From: Octopus bimaculoides
Lineage: Eukaryota
Length of the DNA: 64,000 nt
NCBI RefSeq assembly: GCF_001194135.2
Contig: NC_068983.1
Location: 79,521,752-79,585,751 of the forward strand
Reading direction: 5' to 3'
Under the pieces are notes generated by a model. It did not search any database and had not been told where the DNA came from. It saw nothing but the letters and a program-made list of their open reading frames with translations. The position numbers and the translations under genes are program-made. Each line of letters begins with the position of its first letter. The stretch's first letter is position 1. Shown here piece after piece: positions 51,911 to 64,000 of the stretch.

Positions 51911-54900
51911 GATTGAGATGATCTCTTGTAGGTTGAGCAACTATGTAGTTGCTGCCTCACATGTTTCGAGGTCAATGAATGGGTGTCATGCTGTGTTTTG
52001 CAATTTTGCAACTAACCAGTGATTAATTGATCCTATTGTTTAATTTTTTCAACAATAGCTTTAATGTTTTCATTTGCATAATAGTGTATCATCTATTTCA
52101 CTTCTCTCTCTAATATTGAATCTGATTCTAATATTCCTAAATATTTATATCTCCCCCCTCCCCATCGTCAACCCCAATTAATTTATTCTCTAATGGCTGT
52201 TGGGCAATTTGAATAGTTAGGAGCAAGAAGATTCTGAGAAGTTAGTATAGATATTCTAGGCATAAAGAAGAAAGGCTGGCTGTAATTTAGATGTACAAGT
52301 TTGTCAGACTGTCTAGTATTTGAGAATATTTTGTTTGTTCGTTGGTAGTCTGTCAAGCATAAGTTATTATTGTTATTGATTAACTCTAAGTCAGCCCTGA
52401 TCAAGCACATGTAAAGACAAAGCTATTCTAACCATGATCAGCCTGTCTTTTATTTGGGATAGTATACCTTAGACTACATTATCTAATGTAGCCATTTTTT
52501 AATACAGTAAAAGAATGATTTGAAGAGATTTGCTGGCTATTTTTGGCAGGTGTAGCAATAACATAGAGGCTTCCTCACTGCCTCATTTTGTAGTAGTTAT
52601 GGGAAATGAGTGAACACTTTGCAGTTTGAGAGAGTGAGTGATTCCTTCCAGGTTTTATTACCAATACTCACTCTTTACATGTACTTTTACAGCACAGCTG
52701 TATTTTAACCACTGTGTAATACAAAAAAAAAAACCCCAAAAAAACACAATGAAGAAATATGTGAACCTCGCTAATGAAAGCATTAAACATTTGGACATTC
52801 TGAAGGAACATATTTCATACTAGCAATTTGAATACACAAAGTAATTTTCTAATATAAAGTAATAGAAATGAGAAAATTACTGAATATTAGAGGTATTAGA
52901 TAACTAATGCAAAAGACTAGATACTAATCTCAGATAAATTGGTCAAGGTCCGGATGCCATGGATACATGCTGTTCTGCATACATATTATCCTGTTCCAGC
53001 TAGGAAAAGTATGTTAAACTCTTGCTGTTGATCCAGTCAGAGATATCATACTGAATATGGAGAATTACAAATATATGAGAAGAGAATTTATTAATTGCCA
53101 TATGCTGCAGCATGGTGCATGCATTGAAATTTGTCTTGATAAAAGCCAAATTTACATGCTGAAATAGGATAGCACAGATAAACAGTAAAACATTGGTATC
53201 AAATGTTTCCCCTCATTGATTGCACACTCACAGCACACACATCACTAGTGTAAAGGTTTTCTAAATCTGCTACTTTTATTTAATAATTGAATAATTAATT
53301 CTGAAATGTCTGACACTAGAAAGTTCTAGAGTCACTACAGTTCCTTTAAAGAACACAGGTGCTGCAAATAGACATTTATTACAGATGTCTTTCAAGTTGG
53401 GAAGAGCAGGAATAATTACTTCCTGGATGGTGAACACAGTTTTCTTCAGTTTTATGCATTTCATCAAATATGTCTTTTATACTACTTCATTGAAATTTTA
53501 ACTCTTGAGACATCTTACAATCTTTTTCTGGAATGTTGGTAACAATTATGTATGCCACTCCCAGCTTCTTTCTTCCTAAAGTTCAATTTGACATGTTCAG
53601 TTTTACCAGATTTAAGTGCAAGTTGTTATAGGTACATCTGGTAAACAAACTCTGCATCTCACAACTGCAGTAAGGCTTGTCATTCTCTTACATCATCTTT
53701 ATTGAATAAGAAATAAGAACACTTTCAAACTTGAGAAAAACAGTATTTAGATTATTTAGAAGATAACTGCTTGATCAACAAACATATTCACCTTGGGGTT
53801 AAAGTCCTTCCTTTTCTTCTTATTACTTCTTTCTCCTTTACTCTATGATGGCTGTTATAGACAATGTATAATTGGGGGAATAGAGTAATGGACTGCAAGG
53901 CACTGTTGTACTCACATGTAGAGAGGAGGATATAATATCATTACTTTTAACAACTTGTGATCAATTAGTAAAGACGTTTTGAATCTACAAGCAGATAATG
54001 CTTGTCCAGTTACAGATCTTTTAGTTTCAGCCCCAGCTTTTGATGAGATAATAGATTGGAGTGGGTTAGCCGAATGTTTATTGTACATTTAATGTATGAA
54101 TATTGTTTAAGTTGGCTGAGATTATCTAAAAACTAATTATAAATTTTAGACATTTTATTCTTCGTATTCATAATAATTTTAGACAGAAAGGAAATATGAA
54201 TGAATGAAGACAGTTTAGCAAACATGATATACTAATGATGTTGAATGTTAGAATTAGTATGCTTGTGGATATAGTGTGTTGTGGTATTTAGGTACATCTT
54301 TTCATGTTCTAAGTTAAAATCCTTCTAGGGTAAATAGAATAAATGTCAGTCAACAAGTCCTAAGGTTAAAGTAATAATCTACACAAAAGTTGATGCTTCA
54401 ACATGGCCACAGTTTGGCCAAAGCGTAAAACACAATAACAGGTAAATTTGTATTCAGTTTATTTGTTTATTTGTATTCAGGATTGAATAATTGATTTCAA
54501 GTTAGCAATGAGATAAATGTAAATTACATTTTTGTCTGAGTAAAATATTTCTCTCAGTCAAAATTATTTAAATTCGTGTTTTAATAAACTTAAGTGGTTT
54601 GTATGCATGTATCAGTCATTCACGCTTGCATTGGTTAGATGAATATTATCGAAATGCTGTTTTACAGTCAAATGACCTTCCTGTTGCGAACTTGGTTTAT
54701 TTTACAAATAAGGGATCCCTTATTCCATGTGGCTTTGGTGGTATAAAGCAAATGGTTGATTTGATGATAGGAGAACTGATGAGGGCAGCTCTGCTCATAT
54801 GTCATAACTTTCAGGGGGAAAAAAATCTAAATCAAAACATACACACACACAGTCTTTTTTTTTTTTCCAGTTTTGTCTATCAAATCTATTCACAGGGCTT

Positions 54901-56396
54901 TTGTTGGCTCCAGGCTATAGTAGAAGGTGTTTACTTATGGTGCCACACAGTGAAACTGAACCCAAAACTGTATGGTTGAGAAGCAAGCTTCTTAAGTACG
55001 CACCTATTTTTGCATATCAAATATTCAAGTTAGTGTACTTCATTTAATAAAGCACTAATGATATTTTCTTTGGGAATCAGTTACGAGTAGCACAGAGAAT
55101 TGCTAGCAGGATTTCAACTCAGTATGTAAAAAACCAGTATAAATACTACAAAGCATATTTTTCTATGCTCTAACAATTCTGACAGCTTATAATCTTCAGT
55201 AAAACGCATGCATACACACACACACTCGGGCAAGTTTTGCTATATTTAACAGTTTGTATGTTTTACTTTATAAATTTATTAAAACAGGAACTTCTGTGAA
55301 AATATATCGCTTCAAATGAAGAAGATTCAAATATATTTGCTGATCTTCATATTTTTTATGAAATTTCAAAATCCATACATTTATATATGTATACATGTAT
55401 GTTTGTTTATGCTTGTGTATATGTATGTTAATACATATTTGTGTATATGTGTGTGCCTGCATGTATATATATAGATATATATATATATGTATAAATATAT
55501 ATGTATGCATGTATAAATGTGTGTGTATGTATAAATATACGTGTGTGTATGTATAAATATGTATGTGTGTATGTGTAAATATATATATGTATGTATAAAT
55601 ATATGTGTGTATTTATGTTTTTATTACAATTAAAACTTTTAGAAAGGCTTTCACCATTATATTTTGCAGTTTTCACTAATTTCATTAGTCATACAGAATC
55701 TTATAAAATCAATATAATCTTACCAAAGTTAGTTTCATAAAAAGATCAATGATTTTCACTCTCTCTCTATCACCACATATATATGCATGCGTGTGTGTGT
55801 ATTGTTCTTTGTTTTATTGATTAGTCATTCAAAGAAGAAATTCTTGCTAGACTCAATGCAATGACATAAATCTAAAATGTTTAGCTTGCTGTTCCTGTGA
55901 AAGAAAAATATTAAAATCAATTTGTGTTTATTTACATTGAAATAACAAGCTCTGGGGTATCTCTGTAAAGAATACATAGTTATGATTTCATTTATCAGTT
56001 TAATGTTACACTGTTGACAGAAACTTGCACAATTTTTCACATGTTTTATTGACTACAGTATTGCTTGCATTTAAATGTAAGTGTTTTAAGTACAAATATC
56101 AATAAGAAGTATACTCTTTCATATAAAATTCATTAATAACATATGTTTAAAAAAATCCCATACTTTCTAGATGTATTTTTCACGATTATTATGTTTATCA
56201 TTTAAAACACTGAAAATTCATATTTCAGTGTGATATGAGAAAAAAAATTAATTCTTTGGATGTTATAATTATATAAACAAAGATTACATATTAATTTGTT
56301 TTTAACTTTATCTTTTAGTCTTATATTATAGCAGCAAGTTGACCAATAGTTTATGAGTGAAATTAGTAGATAGAAACTAAAAAAAGCCTGTCATAA

Positions 56397-56468
<72 letters not shown>

Positions 56469-58092
56469 AAACATTCACACGCATTTATGTATGTGCCTCT
56501 TTATGTATGCATTTGTTTGTGTAAGTTCATGTGCCTCTCATCTTTATGAGCGTTTGCTGACTGTATGCACACAATCCTTCACTATCAATGTAGTGAGCAT
56601 TATATGCTTGCAGTCAATTCTGTGAGCGCATCTGAGTTTCTTGACACATCCTGACATGTTGCATGCTCTTTGTAAACAAAATGCCTCTTTCAGATGGTGT
56701 CATGTTTCCAGTTCACTGAGTGACTATGCTTGGGTTCTTTATTATTTGATACACCGGGAGATTATTAACTTGCTTGGAAACAGATGAGGGTCTGTAAAAG
56801 GAAGAGCATACAGCTGCAGAAGATCTGCTGCAGCAAATCATCTGACTCATGCAAGCATGGAAAAGTGGACATTAAAACAACAATGACAAGTTATCTTGAG
56901 AAAAGGCATTACCCATGACCCATTACAAGGCTTCTGAGACTAGTGAGAGTGAGGGAGGGAGGGAGGCAGGAAGGCATCCTGGAACTGAACACCTGGCCTG
57001 GATGTTTGTGAAAAGGTGGATTTCATTAAAAGTATCCAAAGTGCTAGGTGATGATGTTAAACTGAATGTCATGTTCAGTTGAGAATCAAAGTGGTCCATG
57101 GCAGGATTTCAACACAGAATGCAAAGAACTGGAAGAAACTCTACAAGACAACTTGTTTAACATTCTTACAGTTTTATCAATTCACCATTCTGGACTGATG
57201 TCCAGTTACCACATAATTGCCTTATTTCTATTTTGCTGATTAGAGTACAATTACTGTTTCTAAGTAATCCTTGTTATAATTGTATGAAGATTCTTTTTAT
57301 GTCTTCAAAATATACCTGAAAGTGTAACCAGTATGTCATCTCTCTAATACAACCTAACTTCATTCCTTATTTTCCACTAGCAGTTGACTCTTAATTTATA
57401 ATTGAATAGTTAAGGTGCTGAAGAATTCGTTCTTGTATCAGGAAACCAAACTCTGCCATTGCCAATGTATTCTTTATATTCTATTCCTAGGAAAGCACAT
57501 AACTCAACTACCTTCTGTATGCATAGCTGCAAAAGAGATGATGCCACTATCATTTGGATATAAAGTAATTCATTGCTATTATGTTAAACTGTTGTATGTC
57601 CACATTTGACCAAATGCGTTTTTTTTTCCCAATATTTAATTTTGCTTGCAATAGCTGGTTCTTTTGTTCAAGCTGTTGTATCTTCAGCTGTGTCAGATGA
57701 AAATTGTCAAAGGGTAGTACAACGGTTTAGCTTTTTTCAAAAGTGTAGTAAGCTCCACATACAACAGTTTTGCAAAAATATTCCTGACTAAAAATATCAT
57801 AGATGCATGGAGTTATGATTGTATGCACCCCAAAAAGTATTATTGTTAAGCTGAAACTGTTGATAATGCCAAAAGAAATGGAATGGTTAAATTATTTTTT
57901 CATTTTCTAGGAAAACAGCATTTTGGACTTATGACACTTTTGCATAATAGCTACGAATTGTAGAACTAAATTCTGCTATTCTGTTAAATGCTGTAGGACA
58001 TAAATGGCCAAGCATACATGAATAGAATATTACTTTGGTAACAGGAAGAGAATTCTCCTGTAAAAGCCCATGCAAAAAAAAATAGTACAGAC

Positions 58093-58166
58093 ATGACATA
58101 GGTTAAAAGAGGTTACTCCCTTGTATGAGATGACATAGGGTTAAAGAGATTACTCTCTTGTATGAG
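58093..58166. repeat. 37-bp tandem duplication
   Basis: ATGACATAGG(G)TTAAA..GA..TTACTC.CTTGTATGAG x2. Confidence 0.85.
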
Positions 58167-58824
58167 AGAATCCCTCTAATTCTGGTGACATGTCCAAATG
58201 CACGATTGTGCTGTAAAGTGGTTGGTGAAAGAGGGTATCAAGTTGTAAAAATATATAAAATAAACATGATATATAGAAGGAAATAGTCAGCTTTCTCTTT
58301 TATTGTGTAACTAGATTAGGGACTACATGTGGTAAGACACTGAGAACCCCCCAATACATACCACCATTGAAAAATACGCGTAAAATAATGATGTTGATGA
58401 TGATGATCTAGATCTCTCTCTCACACAGATACATGCATAGTCCTCATTTTTTTAATTTTTTTTTTACTTGTTTCATTCATTGACCTGCAACCTTGCTAGT
58501 ACACTACCCTGAAGGATTTAGTTAATCAAATCAACCCCAGTACTTGTCTTTATAAATTTGTTATCGATTCTTTCATCCGTTTTGCCAAACCACTAAGTTA
58601 CAGGATGTAAACAGACCAAAACGAGTTGTCAAATCATGGTGCGAGACAAACACAATGACATGCACACTCATATGCATGCATGCATACATACATATATACA
58701 TGCATATGCATATATCCTTGTTTAAGAATAAATTTGTACTCTACAAAAGTACAGAATAACCCATCAGTTTAATGTAAAATTGTTTTTATTATAACTGATA
58801 ACATTTGTGTGTGTTTTTTTATGC

Positions 58825-59180
58825 CATCATCATCATCATCATTTAACGTCTGCTTTCCATGCTGGCATGGGTTGGACGGTTTAACACGGAGCTGGCTAAT
58901 AGAGAGCTGTCCAGACTCCAGCTGTTTGTTGAGGTATGGTTTCTATGGCTGGATACCCTTCCTAATGCCAACCACTTAATTAATAGAGTATTCTGGGTAG
59001 TTTTTACATGCCACCATATATAAGATGGGTTTTCACACAGTTTTCATCTACCAAATTCACACACAAGGCTTTAGTTTGTCCAGAGTAAAGTAAAAGACAC
59101 TTGTTCAATGTGCCACATGGTGGGACCTAACCTGAAGTCATATGGTTGAGAAGCAAACTTCTTACCCAGATAGCTATACC
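58825..59180 (-). mobile_element. SINE: GTGGCTGTGTGG-type head joined directly to the RTE-type (GAT)n tail
   Basis: Head at about 59025-59180 matches 23291; tail 58825-59015 matches the RTE 3'UTR at 725-858. Confidence 0.8.
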
Positions 59181-59334
59181 TATGCATACACATACACATT
59201 ATATATATATAAGAAAATAAAAAATAATAATAAGGCAGAATGCTAAACTGAAAGCATATTTTAATATAGATATGTACAAGGAGGTTAACACAACCCCACC
59301 ATTTACTGACTTATATATATATATATATATATAT

Positions 59335-59405
59335 NNNNNNNNNNNNNNNNNNNNNNNNNNNNNNNNNNNNNNNNNNNNNNNNNNNNNNNNNNNNNNNNNN
59401 NNNNN
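59335..59405. other. Assembly gap (71 N)
   Basis: N run in a TA repeat. Confidence 0.98.
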
Positions 59406-59731
59406 ATATATAAATACTCTCTCTCTCACTCTCACACTCACACATAATTTTCTCTACATTTCTTCGAGATATATAAAATTGCATTAAATTACTAGTTCTC
59501 CAGGTGTCACTGAAGTTTGACATTAATGAATGTGTTTATTACAATAAGGAAGTCTAAGGTCTTTAGTTATAACGTAATTAGGCAGAAGTTGTCTGAAGAA
59601 CTGAAATAAGTAATTAACTCATTGTATGATACCTATTTAATCAGAAGACACTTCAAGGTTATTATTATTTATTTTACAGACTTTAGATTACAAAGAAAAT
59701 ATTTGGAAACTTGTATGTGTGTGTGTGTATT

Positions 59732-59766
<35 letters not shown>

Positions 59767-60184
59767 GTGTGTGTGTGTGCGTATAAAGACATTTTTATTT
59801 TTGAAGAAATGATTCATACAATTAGATCTGTTATTTGAAACTTTTAAGCAGGAAACAATATTGCTGTTTATGAGACATGTTTAATCTAAGTTTTGTTATT
59901 GAAGCAATAATTGTTTACAAGTTCAATACAATTAGCCTAGTTTGTTATCTTAATAACAATAACATTGGTTTGTTTATTAACAATGAAATATGTTGAATGA
60001 AAGTGAAGTTGTAGAATTTATTGTCAGGAGCATAGAGTAACAGTAAATCATTTCTGCTAGGAAATTGAAATTTAGTGAGATTTGATTTATGAAAACAATG
60101 TCTGAGCTCCATACTTCTTATTCTAATAAGAGAAATTCTCTTATATTTCCACAAAGCCACATATTGGCAGAAAACTATTTAAAG

Positions 60185-60312
60185 TTATATATGGCTATGG
60201 TACATCTATACTTACAGCCTGCATCTCCAGTCCGGAACAGTCATCCTGTCCATAATATCGATCAACTGGAAGCTGTCCAGAGACTTGCAACCAGACGAAT
60301 ACCTTCTGTCAG
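60185..60312 (+). mobile_element. CR1/L2-type LINE RT fragment
   Basis: LYMAMVHLYLQPASPVRNSHPVHNIDQLEAVQRLATRRIP fits the LYxxxVRPxLEYAxxVWNP...DIxxLExVQRRATRxIP motif. Confidence 0.7.
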
Positions 60313-60664
60313 TTACCATTTCTTGTCATTTTGCTTCTCTGGGCATTGATACACTAAAGTTTTGACAACTAGCAGCTAACTAGGTAGAAGCTTACCATCT
60401 TTCAAATAACAAATTTTGGCCATCTATTTCAATGCAATATTTCTATCTCCTGTGGCCATGATTATGAAATAAAAAAGAAAAGCACCACCACACCCATGAT
60501 TTTCTGACGCAGTTTGTAACATGCTCAAAATTGTTGAAGCTTAGAATAAACTACCTGAAATAGTTACTAGTAGTCTGGACACTGCATTCTTCAAAACTCC
60601 CAAGTTTCCTGAAATTCACCAACACTATTCCTGACATGCCCATGTACCTTTTCCCCTTTATGGT

Positions 60665-60804
60665 TCCAGCTGTAGAAACTCTGCCAAATCAGACTGGAGC
60701 CTGGTGTTGCCATCCGGTTTCACCAGTCCTCAGTCAAATCGTCCAACCCATGCTAGCATGGAAAGCGGACGTTAAACGATGATGATGATGATGATGATGA
60801 TGAT
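60665..60804 (+). mobile_element. Young RTE-type 3' tail ending in (GAT)n
   Basis: TCCAGCTGTAGAAACTCTGCC ... GCATGGAAAGCGGACGTTAAACGATGAT. Confidence 0.85.
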
Positions 60805-61172
60805 TCTTTTACTCTTTTACTTGTTTCAGTCATTTGACTGCGGCCATGCTGGAGCACTGCCTTTTGTCGAGAAAATCGACCCCAGGACTTATTCTTTGGA
60901 AGCCTAGTACTTATTCTATCGGTCTCTTTTTGCCGAACCGCTAAGTTACGGGGACATAAATACACCAGCATCGGTTGTCAAGCGGTGGTGGGGGGACAAA
61001 CACACAAACATATATATACATATATACGACGGGCTTCTTTCAGTTTCCGTCTACCAAATCCACTCACAAGGTTTGGGTCGGCCCGAGGCTATAGTAGAAG
61101 ACACTTGCCCAAGGTGCCACACAGTGGGACTGAACCCAGAACCATGTGGTTGGTAAGCAAGCTACTTACCAC
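60805..61172 (-). mobile_element. Young, near full-length tRNA-derived SINE (GTGGCTGTGTGG head, GTAAAAGA tail)
   Basis: CpG-rich and collinear with 23291; tail-to-tail with 60665-60804. Confidence 0.92.
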
Positions 61173-61731
61173 GTTCACTTTCCATTCTCTTCTGTGGTTT
61201 ATTCTATGAACTGTGCATGCATTTTTGTTTTCATTGCAACTGTACTTTACTTGACTTATTGCTGCTTCTACCCAGTCGTTTACCCTTTTCTGACAAGTTG
61301 TAGTGCACCTAAGCAGTGTATCCAATAATTTCATATTATATAAGAAGGGTAAAACCAATAAAAACAGCTCCTGTGTATAACCACTACTTATCTTATATGC
61401 TGCAAAGAGTTGAAAGATTAAGTTCACTATAAAAGGGTTTGATCTCTCAACATGGAAGCAGCCTAAATAGAATATAATTAAGAATTTAGTACAATGTTTC
61501 ATCATTTCTACTACATCTCTACCATCCTCAGAATAAAAGATAATTTCTTAGTTATTCCATCTTTCACTTAAGAGCAAGTCAGTGGTCGTTCTGCATTATC
61601 ATAATATTGTTCTTAATACTTCAATACTATCATCATATCAACAAATTTATATCTTCAGATTTAGTGATAAGTCTTTGCAATTCTCAGGGGCTTTATAAAG
61701 GTTATATATATACATACAAACAAATGTATAC

Positions 61732-61770
<39 letters not shown>

Positions 61771-61842
61771 ATTAAAGATGGGAATTTCCTGCAGCTCTTT
61801 ATTTATCTAAACTCCTGTCTTTAGAACTGAAATACAGATTGT

Positions 61843-62225
61843 GGAATAATAATAATGATTTCAAATTTTGGAAAGGAGCCAGCAGTCTTTGAGGGGAGAT
61901 GTAAGTCAATTACATCAACCTGGTACTTCACTGGTACTTATTTTATTGATCCGGAAAGGATAAACAGCAAAGTGAACCTTGGTGGAAATGGAGCTCAGAA
62001 CATAAAGATGGGTGTAATGCCACTAAGCATTCTGTCTGGTATGCTAACCATTCTGCCAGCTTGCCACCTTAATAATAATAATGGTTTGAAATTTTGAGGG
62101 GGATGGGAGCTAGTTGATTATATCAACCCCAGTACTTGGCTGGGGTAATTATTTCAACAAAATGTTATGCATTTTGTCTGGCATTCTAATGATTTAGCCA
62201 TCTCATTGCCTTGATAATAATGATG
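61843..62225 (-). mobile_element. Two tandem SINEs (GAGCTGGCAGAA-head family) in (AAT)n
   Basis: Reverse complement of the 9694-type copies, separated by AATAATAAT. Confidence 0.7.
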
Positions 62226-62852
62226 ATAATTTTGTGTCTGTTTTTTTCATGCTGGTATGGGTTGAGTGAACTGTAGCAGTCTGAATCAGTTTTATTTAGA
62301 ATTTCTATCTACCTGGATGCCATGAACTATGTTTCACTTGTATAAACATACAATTGTGACATAGTTTGTGGTCTCTCTAAGAGGGTAGTAACCATGTTTT
62401 GGTATCGCTTATACAGCCAAGTGCCCTTTCCTAATACTAATCATGTTACATAAAAATTGTCTGTTTAATTTAGTGAATACAGAGATAATTCTGAGATCTT
62501 AGTGATACTTTCCATGCACATATCAAATTGTTTTTCATTCCCTAGTCATATTTTGATACTCAAGCCAACAAGAGTACTTATACATGGTTGATCAACCTGC
62601 TAAAAATACCAGTCAAATTACACCGTACAATCATAAAATTGCAGACATATTGCATAATGCAGTCCTCAGTAAATTATGACTAAAAATAAAGTGAAATGGT
62701 TTACACTGGGCTGCCTTTCATTGTAGGTCCTCACAATTATGGTTGACTATTTACAAAACAACTTTTTCATGTTTTCTGTTTCTTTCATTTGTACTTAACT
62801 ACCATATGCTGTAGATAATATCTTATACCAACATTGCTTTTCTTTACTACAG

Positions 62853-62923
62853 CATTCATGTCATTAGTTTGTTGTCAGAGATCCCACAGGATTTTCAAAC
62901 AGCTATCTTAGCAAACTCCCAAG
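62853..62923 (+). CDS. Isolated candidate exon IHVISLLSEIPQDFQTAILANSQ
   Basis: Acceptor TTGCTTTTCTTTACTACAG, donor CAAG|GTATCA, single open frame; no recognisable homology. Confidence 0.25.
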
Positions 62924-63439
62924 GTATCATTCCACATCATATGTTTTTGTCTTCATGTGCTTAGAAGTACATGTGTGTCACTTTGATAAATTTCTACACT
63001 TCATATCTATAGACATGGGAACCATTCCTATTTCAACATTTGTCTGTCTTGCAATTGTGGGCTGATCAGTCATGAAAACTCAGAATCAGAAGCTGTATCG
63101 GTTAGATAGTATAGGTTGCTGAAATGTATGTAAATTATTTTATAATTTTTATGAAGTGTCAGTGTTAATCTACCTGCTTTTAAAGTTGTTTTATAATAAT
63201 ATGATATCAAGTATATTGCAATCTGTTGTGTGTGTTGTAAATGATCAATCTTGAAACCTAATTTTAGCAGAAAAATATATTTTGAAAAGCTATTAATATA
63301 ACATCAACAGATATATTATTAACAAACTCTTTTATTTGTGAAAATTCTATTGAAATATTGAGAATGTATAGAGCATGTAATATCAATGCAGGCTCTCTCG
63401 CCAGAATTGTTATTTAATATTTGTAAAGTCAAACCAATT

Positions 63440-64000
63440 GAAGATACTCTAGCTTTTAAAGGAAAAAATAAAACACTTGCGTGCATGAAGCAAATCACGA
63501 TCGCATTACCAATGTTGTTGAAAACTTAGGCAATAATATTACAGTCAAGAAATCTGAGAATTTTAAAGGTAAATATGAAAATGCCACAACAATTGTCAAC
63601 CACTACAATCCAGCTCAGTGGTTGGATGAAAAACAAGAATGATGGCAGAAAGTGATCATGACATTATGAATGGACTGCGTCTTTTTAATAAACAGGACAG
63701 TTTTCCAAAAGATGCAAATAAACTTAGTTTTCTCAGTGACAATGATGTATAGGAAAATTAACAACAGTGAACATTTTCTTAGAAGCTGACTTGTTTATTC
63801 ACATAGCACCAATAAAATTTATTGCTTTAGTTGCAAAGTTTTTGGCTTCTCAAATAAGTCATTTTTAGGAAAATCTGGAATTAATGACTGGAAGCATGCT
63901 CTGAAGTAGATATTGCAAAAGAATTATTTTCTGGAAATGTAAAGCTTCTACTAGAAGCCATTAGATTCATCAACAATAATAAGTTACAGGATGCCATGCC
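63440..64000 (+). pseudogene. Decayed hAT-superfamily transposase (TTF-type zinc finger, ZMYM1-like), internally deleted; runs off the window
   Basis: YNPAQW, then (frameshift) QDSFPKDANK, then MYRKINNSEHFLRS*LVYSHSTNKIYCFSCKVFG...GINDWKH (63745-63897; TGA at the expected Trp). A different frame then reads ...LLEAIRFINNNKLQDAM, resembling the region just before the hAT C-terminal dimerisation domain. Confidence 0.8.

Noticed and set aside
54599-54979. 126-aa plus-strand ORF
   Set aside because: The 3' half is SINE-derived; the 5' half has no recognisable motif.

Overview
Very AT-rich, repeat-dense eukaryotic DNA with three N-gaps, all at (TA)n tracts. The SINE, MITE and microsatellite content resembles my recollection of octopus (coleoid cephalopod) genomes; that is inference, not a database match. 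No host protein-coding gene can be identified with confidence, and most entries in the ORF track are microsatellite or TE artefacts. Well supported: an RTE-type LINE 3' end (293-858), a CR1-like LINE 3' end fused to a SINE head (48495-49039), further RTE and CR1 fragments, a decayed mariner transposase (37300-38166), a decayed, internally deleted hAT transposase with a TTF-type zinc finger (63440-64000), at least six TTAA-flanked piggyBac-like MITEs, and many tRNA-derived SINEs of three head types. Most interesting: (1) one SINE head occurs joined to two different LINE-derived tails, and both partner LINE 3' ends are in the window; (2) a CpG-rich, ETS-doublet, promoter-like segment lies at the left edge; (3) a phase-consistent 4-exon plus-strand model encodes a hypothetical 63-aa single-pass membrane microprotein, followed by tandem AATAAA and a GU-rich element. 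Item 3 is a hypothesis that needs RNA evidence.
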